Source: an uncultured virus (IMG/VR IMGVR_UViG_3300031232_000001) (taxonomy: Duplodnaviria > Heunggongvirae > Uroviricota > Caudoviricetes). From it: DNA of 64,000 bases. How positions within the stretch are numbered: position 1 is the stretch's first letter; every line of letters begins with the position of its first letter. The notes under the pieces are model-generated. The model saw nothing but the letters and a program-made list of their open reading frames with translations, did not search any database and was not told the DNA's origin. Location of the stretch: IMG/VR virus record IMGVR_UViG_3300031232_000001, one strand, 5' to 3'. The translations under genes were made by a program, and so were the position numbers. Below are positions 50,451-59,231 of the stretch, in pieces.

Positions 50451-51455
50451 TTAAAGTTTTTTCATTTGTTCAATCATCCTCGGAATTGCACGTGCCCCAT
50501 TCTTTAAAATCCTGTTTCGAGTTTGTTGCAAATTAAATGCTGGAGGATTAATTTCAAATTGTGCAATTATACGTTTAGCCTCGTCTAATTCATCATATAT
50601 AAAATCCTGATCGTACATCTCAGGATAAGATAAACGATTTGGCACAATCGGGATACATCCACAAATAATAGCCTCCTGCATTGCAATTCCCCACGTTTCC
50701 TGGCGTGCAAATGAAATTGCAAATTTAGATTTACTAAGCAATTCATAATATTCATTTTTCGTTTTGCAAACTTCTTTTGTTTTCAGCCATTTAAAACGTT
50801 TCATTTTCGGGTCCTCTGCAAACTCATCAAACAACACAGGTAATTTTTCATCATCCAAACGATGTGGAAAAACAATAATGTTCTCACGGCAGGGAGGCAA
50901 ATTATCTTGATCCCTGAAATCATCATAAATTGGAAACCCCGTAACCATTATTTTATTAGCACTAACATTCCTCTGATGATATAATAAATCCTTGTGAAAC
51001 TGTGTGGCTACAAAAATTTTATCAACAATATTTAACATGGAATTTTCAAAGTCTTCCGTCCACTGTCCCATTGTTTTGCTTAAAAAATCGTATTCATCAT
51101 AGCTTCCAGCATGTAGACAACCACATATTTTAAGATTTTTAAGACCTAATCCGTCCCTCATGTATGCAATATTGATTAGCCCAGGGAACCAAAGATCATG
51201 AAAAAATAAAACAACGGAATCATCTGGTTTCATAGTGGAAATATATGTGAGTATCTTTCCAAGTTGTGAGGTCTTATATAAATTAGTTTCAATCACATCA
51301 AGAAAACTTCCATGTTTAATTTCATTTATACAAGTATCTCCATATATTGTCTCAAAACAAATATTGGATTTTGCAAATCCTTGTATAAACCATGTGTTCC
51401 ATTGCCCAGAATATCGTTCCTCAAGAGGTTCAATTGGTATGTTAATTATCTTCAT
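50451..51455 (-). CDS. GT-B (GT4-like) glycosyltransferase
   Basis: IVFPHRLDDEK, ETWGIAMQEA and P.VPNRLSYPEM. Confidence 0.8.
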   Translation of the reverse strand: MKIINIPIEPLEERYSGQWNTWFIQGFAKSNICFETIYGDTCINEIKHGSFLDVIETNLYKTSQLGKILTYISTMKPDDSVVLFFHDLWFPGLINIAYMRDGLGLKNLKICGCLHAGSYDEYDFLSKTMGQWTEDFENSMLNIVDKIFVATQFHKDLLYHQRNVSANKIMVTGFPIYDDFRDQDNLPPCRENIIVFPHRLDDEKLPVLFDEFAEDPKMKRFKWLKTKEVCKTKNEYYELLSKSKFAISFARQETWGIAMQEAIICGCIPIVPNRLSYPEMYDQDFIYDELDEAKRIIAQFEINPPAFNLQQTRNRILKNGARAIPRMIEQMKKL

Positions 51456-51596
51456 TTGTTTTTAATTTTTTAGCAAAACCAACATTAATTTTGCTGTGCC
51501 TTGATTTCTTCCTTTTGTGTTTGATTGTTAGAAACCGTTTACCTTTCAAATCTTCTTCCAAACAAACTACATCCGTTTTATGCAGTTTAATTTTAA

Positions 51597-52946
51597 TCAT
51601 CGTATCACCTCCAATCTTGCAAGTATAGCAAAAGTTAAAATGGTATTAATCGGATTTTTAGTATTTACAAAATGATTTCGTATTGTCCTGCCTTCTACCA
51701 AACTTTTAATATTAAATGATAGATTATACAGTTTAAGCCAAGGTAATGCATCTGCCATGTTCTCAGGCTGCACGGAATTGATTATACTATCTAAAAAGGA
51801 GTTTGGAATGTAACTAGGTATTAATCGTATTGGTCTTTCAGTCAGTTTAACTCCGTTTTGTAATGCTTTATTGTAAATCGGTGTCCCGTCGTATACTTGA
51901 AAAAATTGACCTAATCCTCCTTTAGTTCCGTTTGTGCGTAATCTTCCCACAACTTCATTCATTTCAAAGCCGTATTTACACATAAACCGTCCAGTTTCGT
52001 TGAGTGTGGAAATAGTTTCGCCTATGAAAAACGTTTGAACTAACCAAAATATTTTACAAGGTAGTCTGTCTTGTATTTCTGCAAGGGCTTCACAGTCCGA
52101 CAATGATTTCCCCGCTCCCATTCTTACGGAAAGTTCAGGGGAGGCTGATTCAAAACCTATTTCAATTACTTCTAATCCTGATTTTTGTATTGTTTCCGTT
52201 CCGTATTTATCAATATAATCCTTAACATTTTTAGCCGAACCGAGTGCAATCAGATGCATATCCCTATCTTCTAACGATTGCAAAATCATTTCGGCTCTTT
52301 CTATGTCAAAAAAGAAATCCTCGTCAGTGAAATGGATATAATGTATACCATCATGAATACAATTATCTGTTAAATTTTCAACATCCATTAAATCCAAAAC
52401 AATTCTTTCCTTATTACAATTGATAGTAGATGGGCAAAAAACACAACCATTTGGGCAACCATACGAAGTAAATAAAGGGTAAACTTTTTCACCTTTTTCA
52501 AGTGTTTGTAGGTGCATATCACAGTCGGACAAAAGTAATCTATTGAAACGACCATAATATTCAGGATAGTTTTGTAATGCAAGGGTTAAAAAACTTTTAT
52601 TCCTCATTAAATCCCCGCAACAAGCCTTTTCCGATAATCCTATATGTCTAAAACCGTAGGCTTCAATCAGTGATGTATACCCAACAAAATAAACATTATC
52701 CTTACCCTTTTCAAATGGTAATAATTGTTGAAGTAATATACAGCATTCAATTTGAGGGTAAGACCATAGACAAATCAATTGTATATCGGCATCAGGTGCA
52801 TTATTTATGTTTTCAGGAATAAAGCTTTCCATCAATGTTACTTCATGCCCTAATTCTGATAGTCCGATATAACAAAGGTAAGGGGTATAACAAAAACTAC
52901 CTCTATTAAATTCCGTGCTGGAAGGATCGATTATGTTTATTTTCAT
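51597..52946 (-). CDS. Radical SAM enzyme (architecture resembling cobalamin-dependent class B)
   Basis: TSYGCPNGCVFC (CxxxCxxC), FTDEDFF and IGFES; ~150-aa N-terminal domain. Confidence 0.8.
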   Translation of the reverse strand: MKINIIDPSSTEFNRGSFCYTPYLCYIGLSELGHEVTLMESFIPENINNAPDADIQLICLWSYPQIECCILLQQLLPFEKGKDNVYFVGYTSLIEAYGFRHIGLSEKACCGDLMRNKSFLTLALQNYPEYYGRFNRLLLSDCDMHLQTLEKGEKVYPLFTSYGCPNGCVFCPSTINCNKERIVLDLMDVENLTDNCIHDGIHYIHFTDEDFFFDIERAEMILQSLEDRDMHLIALGSAKNVKDYIDKYGTETIQKSGLEVIEIGFESASPELSVRMGAGKSLSDCEALAEIQDRLPCKIFWLVQTFFIGETISTLNETGRFMCKYGFEMNEVVGRLRTNGTKGGLGQFFQVYDGTPIYNKALQNGVKLTERPIRLIPSYIPNSFLDSIINSVQPENMADALPWLKLYNLSFNIKSLVEGRTIRNHFVNTKNPINTILTFAILARLEVIR

Positions 52947-53266
52947 ACGTAAACCTCCACTCCGTTTTCATTGTCCTCGAATACAGACACAACTTTTGCA
53001 TTAAAATGATTTAACAATTCCTCTGCAATTTGTTCACAACTTTTTGAACCAAGAAACAGTCCTTTAAAATTCATTGCAATATACGATTCCACCTGTCGTT
53101 TAAATGTAATAAATTCAACCTGTCTGTCTCCTTCAACTGCAATACCAACCTCTACATAAAATATATGACGGTGTTGATTTTTTAAATAATGGACATATGA
53201 AATATTACACTCCGGCCAACAGTGAGTAGCCTCAAATGATGTTTTAATAATTATAATTTTTTTCAT
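52943..53266 (-). CDS. QueD-paralog T-fold protein, DpdL-like (candidate CDG decarboxylase)
   Basis: [16 protein letters not shown] (LxxxHRHxF), SCEQIA and [10 protein letters not shown]; lacks the QueD CxxxHGH motif. Confidence 0.65.
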   Translation of the reverse strand: MKKIIIIKTSFEATHCWPECNISYVHYLKNQHRHIFYVEVGIAVEGDRQVEFITFKRQVESYIAMNFKGLFLGSKSCEQIAEELLNHFNAKVVSVFEDNENGVEVYV

Positions 53267-53811
53267 TTTATACGGCTTAAAAATTCAGATTTAACAGAAA
53301 AATCCTCAAGAAAACTTCCTTTCAAAGACGTTGTTTCCATTATGGAATTTTGTTTATTACAACCTCTCATCAACATACACATGTGTTGAGCCTGTATGAA
53401 ACATGCTGCCCCTTTAGGTTGTAAATGCTCCATTATTGCCTCCGTGATTTGTTCGCAAAGTCTTTCCTGAATTTGCAGGCGTCTGGAAAATATATCAACT
53501 AAACGTGCAAGTTTAGAAATCCCGATTACTTTCCCATCTGGTATGTACGCAACATGAGCCTTGCCGAAGAAAGGAAGCATGTGGTGTTCACAGGTGCTGA
53601 ACAATTCCACATCCTTTAGTACAATCATTTGGTTGTATCCGTTTGTCTCAGTAAATGTGGTTAGGCATTCCTTTGGATCTTTATCATATCCTGAGTAAAT
53701 TTCTTTCCACGATTTAATGACCCGGAGAGGGGTATTAATTAACCCCTCTCTATTCGGATCCTCACTAATAAACTTTAATTGATCAATTACAGTTTTATGG
53801 ATTTCAATCAT
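53263..53811 (-). CDS. folE: GTP cyclohydrolase I
   Basis: [30 protein letters not shown] and HMCM.MRG. Confidence 0.95.
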   Translation of the reverse strand: MIEIHKTVIDQLKFISEDPNREGLINTPLRVIKSWKEIYSGYDKDPKECLTTFTETNGYNQMIVLKDVELFSTCEHHMLPFFGKAHVAYIPDGKVIGISKLARLVDIFSRRLQIQERLCEQITEAIMEHLQPKGAACFIQAQHMCMLMRGCNKQNSIMETTSLKGSFLEDFSVKSEFLSRIK

Positions 53812-53812
53812 C

Positions 53813-54655
53813 TTACTTTTTCTTTTTGGCAATGTCCATGTAAATCTGAGCACGTTTTTTAATAAAATCAGGATCAGTAAGTCCTTTTCTGTCCTTATAC
53901 AGTTTTGCGAATGTAGACAAAATGGTTTTTTCAGTTGCTTTTTCTTTTAGAAGTCCATCGGCAATACTTTGGAAACTTTCAAGTTGTCCGTCCTTTGCGA
54001 TAGGCTTTTTTGCAGGGGCTGGTGCTTCTTTTTTGTTTGATTTTTTTGCAGGCTTTTCCTCTTCTTCGTCTTCTTCGTCTTCTTCGTCACCTTCAATAGC
54101 CACTTTCTTTACAGCTTTTTGAGCTTTTTTTGAAGGTGCTGGCTTTGTTTCTTCTTCTTCTTCTTCTTCCTCCTCCTCAACTTCAACCTCTTCCTCGTCT
54201 TCTTCCTCAATTGCTGCCAACATTTCATCCCTTAATTCATCAATGTCCTTAATTTTCAAATCAACATCGGCAAATTTATCGGCATTAGCCTTTGCAATTG
54301 CCTTCAATTCCTTTGTTGTTTCGGCATCTTCGATTTCCTGGGCTAATGTGTTTTCAACCTCTTCATCCTCTTCCTCTTCGTCTTCGGGATCAGGCTCTGG
54401 TTCAACAACTTTCTTTCCTTTTTTACCCTTTGCAGGCTTTTCAGCAGGTACGTTTAATTCATCAATAATTGCCTGCGTGTCCTTGCTGAATTTATCTTCT
54501 GGTTCAATGTATTGTAAGGCATCTTTAATTTTATCAGTAAGATACTCCTCCGATGCCTTTGCGGGGATTGCAATAGGATCACCTGTTTTTTCGTCTGAAA
54601 GACCAATCTGATCAATGATTTCCTGAAATGCTTTTTTCAACTTTTTTACGTCCAT
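53813..54655 (-). CDS. Highly acidic low-complexity protein
   Basis: Poly-E/D tracts alternating with KPAKK-type basic tracts. Confidence 0.6.
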   Translation of the reverse strand: MDVKKLKKAFQEIIDQIGLSDEKTGDPIAIPAKASEEYLTDKIKDALQYIEPEDKFSKDTQAIIDELNVPAEKPAKGKKGKKVVEPEPDPEDEEEEDEEVENTLAQEIEDAETTKELKAIAKANADKFADVDLKIKDIDELRDEMLAAIEEEDEEEVEVEEEEEEEEEETKPAPSKKAQKAVKKVAIEGDEEDEEDEEEEKPAKKSNKKEAPAPAKKPIAKDGQLESFQSIADGLLKEKATEKTILSTFAKLYKDRKGLTDPDFIKKRAQIYMDIAKKKK

Positions 54656-54709
54656 GATTTTAAATTTAAGATTAATAAATAATGATAATTAATAATTGTA
54701 CTAGGAAGG

Positions 54710-54717
54710 CAAATGTA
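54710..54717 (-). promoter_or_regulatory. Bacteroidota-type -7 promoter box (TACATTTG) upstream of the acidic-protein/folE...dpdA run
   Basis: Exact TAnnTTTG match in an intergenic gap; the -33 element is non-canonical. Confidence 0.55.
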
Positions 54718-54809
54718 AATTTAATATTTGAGATTTAAAAATATTTTTAAAATTATTTTAAAATTTGTTTTGCAAAATGCATAGAATTAAAATGATGTAT
54801 TAAAATTAA

Positions 54810-55418
54810 TTATTTAAACCCCGCTAATTTATGTAATTGGATAGAAAGTTTCCAGACAGGATTTTGCTTAACAAACTTAATTGCATCACTGATGTTTTGC
54901 TGGCTTTCTTCGTTAAAAGGATTTTGAGCTATGATAATTGGAGAGATATAATAATTATCCGCATCAGGTAATTTCTCTGTATTTAAATCAAAAGGACTCG
55001 GAAATAAACAACGTACCTCTGATAATTTATATCTTAAATTTGCAATTAAATTAGGATTTAATCGCTCCAATGATTTCGGAGAAACGGCAACGTAATCAAT
55101 AATAAATGGAATTTCATTTGTTCCATTTGTTTCAATACAATTGTAATATTCTGAAAAATTGTTTAAAATATCATCATTCAATTGCAGCGTAGGTTCTCCC
55201 CCTGTCCAAACAATATTAGGACAATCAAATTGTTTAATTTCTTCTAAGATTTTAAAAACCGACATTTCCTTGCCGTCACCAAATTCTGTATCACAAAATG
55301 AACAATTCATATTGCACCCCGATAATCGAATGAATATGGCTGGCATTCCAATATTGTACCCCTCACCTTGTAATGAGTAAAATATCTCATTTACTTTTAA
55401 TGTCAAATTATGGTTCAT
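54810..55418 (-). CDS. queE: 7-carboxy-7-deazaguanine synthase
   Basis: EIFYSLQGEG, FIRLSGCNMNCSFCDT, TGGEP, ETNGT, VSPK and SIQLHK. Confidence 0.95.
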   Translation of the reverse strand: MNHNLTLKVNEIFYSLQGEGYNIGMPAIFIRLSGCNMNCSFCDTEFGDGKEMSVFKILEEIKQFDCPNIVWTGGEPTLQLNDDILNNFSEYYNCIETNGTNEIPFIIDYVAVSPKSLERLNPNLIANLRYKLSEVRCLFPSPFDLNTEKLPDADNYYISPIIIAQNPFNEESQQNISDAIKFVKQNPVWKLSIQLHKLAGFK

Positions 55419-55794
55419 ATCGGGCAGAAGTTTTATCGGTTTCACTGACTGTTACCGCACTAATTTTAATACCCATTCTGTATAGACTTGGTAATAATTG
55501 GTCAAAATACAGGTAACAAAAATAGGCTAATTTTTCAGCCGTTGGTTGAATTGTTTCACCATAAAAAAGAACATAATTTAAATTTTTATGGTCTAATGTT
55601 TCATCAATCCATTTTTTAATTGGCTGCAGTTCTCTGTAATCGAAAACCATTCCAACACTATTTAGATCCTCAGATTTTAATTCCACTGTTACCACATAAT
55701 TATGGCCGTGGAAATTACTACAAGGATGATCCACAGGCAGACCTTCTAGTCTGTGTCCTGCTGAAAAATTGAATTTTTTACTGATTGTATACAT
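55408..55794 (-). CDS. queD: 6-carboxytetrahydropterin synthase
   Basis: FSAGH, CSNFHGHNY, LDHKNLN, PTAE and SET. Confidence 0.95.
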   Translation of the reverse strand: MYTISKKFNFSAGHRLEGLPVDHPCSNFHGHNYVVTVELKSEDLNSVGMVFDYRELQPIKKWIDETLDHKNLNYVLFYGETIQPTAEKLAYFCYLYFDQLLPSLYRMGIKISAVTVSETDKTSARYEP

Positions 55795-55820
55795 ACTTTA
55801 ATTTATTTGGTTAATAAAAA

Positions 55821-56006
55821 TTATTTATAGCCTTTATTTAAACGATCTTGAAAAACAATATATGACCATGCATCCGATATGTGATCATATGCGGAAATTA
55901 TTCGATCACATTCCTCATATGTTCCACTATCCTTATTTAAAAGCAAATCAGAAAATGAAAAATAATGAAACACAAATGCCTTTTGCTTACCTGTTAAATT
56001 TTTCAT
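55821..56006 (-). CDS. Hypothetical protein
   Basis: 61-aa ORF in operon context. Confidence 0.35.
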   Translation of the reverse strand: MKNLTGKQKAFVFHYFSFSDLLLNKDSGTYEECDRIISAYDHISDAWSYIVFQDRLNKGYK

Positions 56007-56018
56007 AATAAAAAGTTT

Positions 56019-57557
56019 TTACCAATAGCTACCAAGAAAGGGACGTCCCCGCTTTAAATTCTGCAATACATGCACTTGGTGATTGTTATTAAATTCACCT
56101 TCTCTGACCACTATTTCATTCAATCGCATGATTCCTATTTCCTTTTCTCGTCCTTTATGATCCCGATTAAGTCCAAACATGGCGGTTACGTGGGCATATT
56201 TACGCTTGTCCTCAGAAAAATTATCCATCGAAAGTATGTCCTTTGTGTAACTGTCCGAGTCTACCTGTGTAACTGTAATAACCAATGCCTTTCGTTTTTG
56301 ACTGAGTCCCCGCAAATCCATCCATATTTTATTTTGCTTATGTCTAAATTCCTTTACCGTATCATCTGCCATTATATCCGCGTAATCAAAGATAATAACG
56401 TCAGGAATAAATCCATCTTCTTTTTCCCAAATGTCCATTATTGCCTCCGCTTGTTTGACTGTAAGTGTATTATTTGGATGGGAGGATAATTTAAAATTAC
56501 GTTGATTTTTAATAAAAAATTTATCGAAGGAATTTTGTGCCTCTTGATATGTCAAAGGTTTTTTAACAGTAATTTCCTTCAACCAAACTGCCCCTGACAT
56601 ACTTTTTTTCCAACGATCACAATTGGTACATGTTTTGTAATCTTCATTTTCCTTATATGCCTCGATTAATTCCTGTTTCGTGACTTCTCGTCTCAACCAT
56701 TTATCCGTCTTACCGTCAAATACTCCAAAATTACTGCTCCTTTCGTCGTTATCACATTTGTCCAATTGATTCCAAATACAATCCTTTACAGGTTGATACA
56801 TTCGTCCACAATACATTTCCAAGTTGGACTTTTGATTGAGGTAAATACTTGTCCTAATTATTTGCTCATCCTCTGTCATGTCTCCTGCTTGGAAGAAAGC
56901 TACCCGCCTGCCTTGCTTTCTTGCCCTCATTGCAAACTCCAATAATAAAAACGTTTTGCCAGCCTTCTCAATAGCCATGAACGCCACAAAAGCACCCCGC
57001 CGTAGTTGATTATTTAAAAACTCACCCATTGCCCCGGGAAACCTAATTAATGGTTCGACTATACGGGTGAAAGCTTTTTTAATTTTTGTTTTTATTTCGG
57101 GGTTACTGAAATCAATCCAAGCCCCGCTATCCTTAGCAATTGGTTTAAATTCTCCTGCAAGCTTTTGTGCCTCGATTAATTGTCCGTCCTTTGCTAATGC
57201 AGATATTTCCTCACCGTGTTTGATCAGATGTTTTTCAGTAAAGTATTTAATTGTTTCATCAACCAAATAATCTACGTTTACCCCTTCATTTTCGTATTCC
57301 TCAGACAAGGCTGGAAGTATATCTTCCTCAATTTCCTCCTTTAAATCATTAGAAAGACCGTTTTTTGCTTTTTGATAAAAAATAGGTTCAATTTCCCGCC
57401 CTGGTGCTTTTTGGTATTTGTCATAATATTCCATGCACCACGTTGCAATTCGTTTTGCGGTAGCTGACTCAATTAACTGGACTGACCAACGATCTTGAAT
57501 CCTTTGTATAAATTCCGTGGATGTGATTAATCCAATAATAATGCGGCGTTCAATCAT
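56019..57557 (-). CDS. DnaB-like replicative helicase with Cys-containing insert
   Basis: Walker A AIEKAGKT, IIFDYAD, TVTQ and SEDKRK. Confidence 0.8.
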   Translation of the reverse strand: MIERRIIIGLITSTEFIQRIQDRWSVQLIESATAKRIATWCMEYYDKYQKAPGREIEPIFYQKAKNGLSNDLKEEIEEDILPALSEEYENEGVNVDYLVDETIKYFTEKHLIKHGEEISALAKDGQLIEAQKLAGEFKPIAKDSGAWIDFSNPEIKTKIKKAFTRIVEPLIRFPGAMGEFLNNQLRRGAFVAFMAIEKAGKTFLLLEFAMRARKQGRRVAFFQAGDMTEDEQIIRTSIYLNQKSNLEMYCGRMYQPVKDCIWNQLDKCDNDERSSNFGVFDGKTDKWLRREVTKQELIEAYKENEDYKTCTNCDRWKKSMSGAVWLKEITVKKPLTYQEAQNSFDKFFIKNQRNFKLSSHPNNTLTVKQAEAIMDIWEKEDGFIPDVIIFDYADIMADDTVKEFRHKQNKIWMDLRGLSQKRKALVITVTQVDSDSYTKDILSMDNFSEDKRKYAHVTAMFGLNRDHKGREKEIGIMRLNEIVVREGEFNNNHQVHVLQNLKRGRPFLGSYW

Positions 57558-58006
57558 TCGACAGGTATTTTATAGGCATTTACTAAATCAAATATTTCAT
57601 CTAAGGTTTTGACAGGTATTTCATTCCAATTACCTAATTTAATGATCTTTTCACAATTTCGACCAATTAAATCCGATTTATTTTTTATCAAAAAATATCC
57701 TTTTTTATTCAGAAAATCTCCTTTGTAATAATCTTCCTGCGTTGATAAAACACCTACGCATTTCGTTTGGTAGAATTTAATTTCATCGGTAAGGCATTTG
57801 CATTGATTAAATGATGCAGGAATAGTAGTCACATATTGACCATAAACATACATCCGTCCAAACATTATTTTGTACTCGGTAGTAATTGAAGGAATAGTTT
57901 CAAGATCAACCGCAATGTGTTTTATGCAGAAAAATAAACCAATTTTTTCAAACCAAGTAAAGCCTTGAACTTCTTTAATTCGTGGAAATAAAAGTTTTGT
58001 TTTCAT
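57554..58006 (-). CDS. Hypothetical protein
   Basis: 150-aa ORF coupled to both neighbours. Confidence 0.4.
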   Translation of the reverse strand: MKTKLLFPRIKEVQGFTWFEKIGLFFCIKHIAVDLETIPSITTEYKIMFGRMYVYGQYVTTIPASFNQCKCLTDEIKFYQTKCVGVLSTQEDYYKGDFLNKKGYFLIKNKSDLIGRNCEKIIKLGNWNEIPVKTLDEIFDLVNAYKIPVE

Positions 58007-58857
58007 CTGTGTAAGTTTTTAATTCTATCTGGTAATTCTGTTTCCTCTGTGTATTGTTCCTTTGTGTTTTCAGTACCTCTTTCCATAGCCGCTTCCAGTC
58101 GTATAAACTTTTCCCTCAATGATGATCCGCTTTCAATTACTGGAATGTATTGTCCTCCTATGTTATTCTCATACCAATTTAAAACCGATTCTATTCGTTT
58201 AAAATCTATTTTAGATTCTTCCGCTAATCTTCGTATATCATTTGCCCAGGAATTGATTTGTATGGTGGTATGTTCAATGTTCTTTTTTAAATGGATGATT
58301 TCAGATAACCTTTTAGCCAATGGAAAGTAAAAGTAATTTCGTTTTATTTTAGGAACTTTTTTGGGTGTCGGAATGTTATTAGCACTTAAAGCATTTTTAC
58401 TATTAGCACTTAAAGCATTTGTATTATCGGAACCCACAATGTGGGATTTCCCACAGCCTGGGGTTTGATACTCCTGGGAATTGTAACTATTATTTTTCCA
58501 TATAAAATTAATTTTAATAAACCATCCAGTGACTTGTCCTAATTTATTTTTTTCTCTAACATTATCAATTAATCCAAATACAATTAATTTTCTTTTTGTT
58601 CTAAAAAATTTATCTCGTCCCCATTTTAATGCATTCATTACGTATTGATCAGTAGCCTTAGGACAATTAGTACCTTGCCATTTTGCTGTGTAATAGTAAA
58701 AAATATACAAGGCAATTAAATTATCAGGAAATTCATCTTTTAAAAATATGTCCAATGTTGCTTTCGATAAAATTACAGGTTCATCTTGTACGGAATAATA
58801 AATAGGAGTAGTTGGTTCAGAATAATTGATAGTTTTGTTAGATTTAGTGCGTACCAT
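58003..58857 (-). CDS. Putative replication initiator protein
   Basis: N-terminal wHTH-like region, repeat-containing linker, C-terminal W...I..L...SLREKF.RL domain; upstream of the helicase. Confidence 0.6.
   Translation of the reverse strand: MVRTKSNKTINYSEPTTPIYYSVQDEPVILSKATLDIFLKDEFPDNLIALYIFYYYTAKWQGTNCPKATDQYVMNALKWGRDKFFRTKRKLIVFGLIDNVREKNKLGQVTGWFIKINFIWKNNSYNSQEYQTPGCGKSHIVGSDNTNALSANSKNALSANNIPTPKKVPKIKRNYFYFPLAKRLSEIIHLKKNIEHTTIQINSWANDIRRLAEESKIDFKRIESVLNWYENNIGGQYIPVIESGSSLREKFIRLEAAMERGTENTKEQYTEETELPDRIKNLHR
58377..58420. repeat. 20-bp direct repeat x2 (TATTAGCACTTAAAGCATTT), candidate origin iterons
   Basis: Exact copies at 58377-58396 and 58401-58420, inside the initiator gene. 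Confidence 0.6.
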
Positions 58858-58877
58858 AGGTTTCAAAAATTAGTAGA

Positions 58878-58977
58878 AATAAAAAAGCCTGGGACTTCAG
58901 TGCTGCCACACATCCATCCACAGGCTTAATAAAAACTTTGTTATTTTGATAGTTTAATCTTGGCAGCGAATTAAACT
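58878..58977 (-). promoter_or_regulatory. Structured leader: hairpin plus terminator-like hairpin with complementary loops
   Basis: Stems 58951-58958/58970-58977 and 58885-58891/58921-58927, followed by a U6 tract on the - strand. Confidence 0.55.
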
Positions 58978-58994
58978 TAATTATTTTCAGTTTG

Positions 58995-59026
58995 CAAATG
59001 TATAAAAATTAATTGCAATTTTCAAA
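58995..59026 (-). promoter_or_regulatory. Bacteroidota sigma70-type promoter TTTG-N20-TACATTTG
   Basis: -33 TTTG at 59023-59026, -7 TAnnTTTG at 58995-59002, 20-nt spacer. Confidence 0.7.
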
Positions 59027-59231
59027 ATAATTTTATAACAAAGCTATAAATCAATTATTTAGATATACCAGTCCTAATCTTTTTTTGTGTTCCTCTCTGT
59101 AATTAGGGTGCACAAAACAGATTAATTCCTTGGAACTTTTCTTCAATAAGTATTGACGGGTTAAAACTTTGTTATGTGCCATTGCGTCTGCAATTGCCGC
59201 CTCCCTTGCTTCAAATGTTCTTATCATAATT

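Noticed and set aside
49468..55794. Auxiliary tRNA queuosine biosynthesis
   Set aside because: No queC, queF or queA in the window; the TGT-fold gene looks DpdA-like and sits among DNA replication genes.
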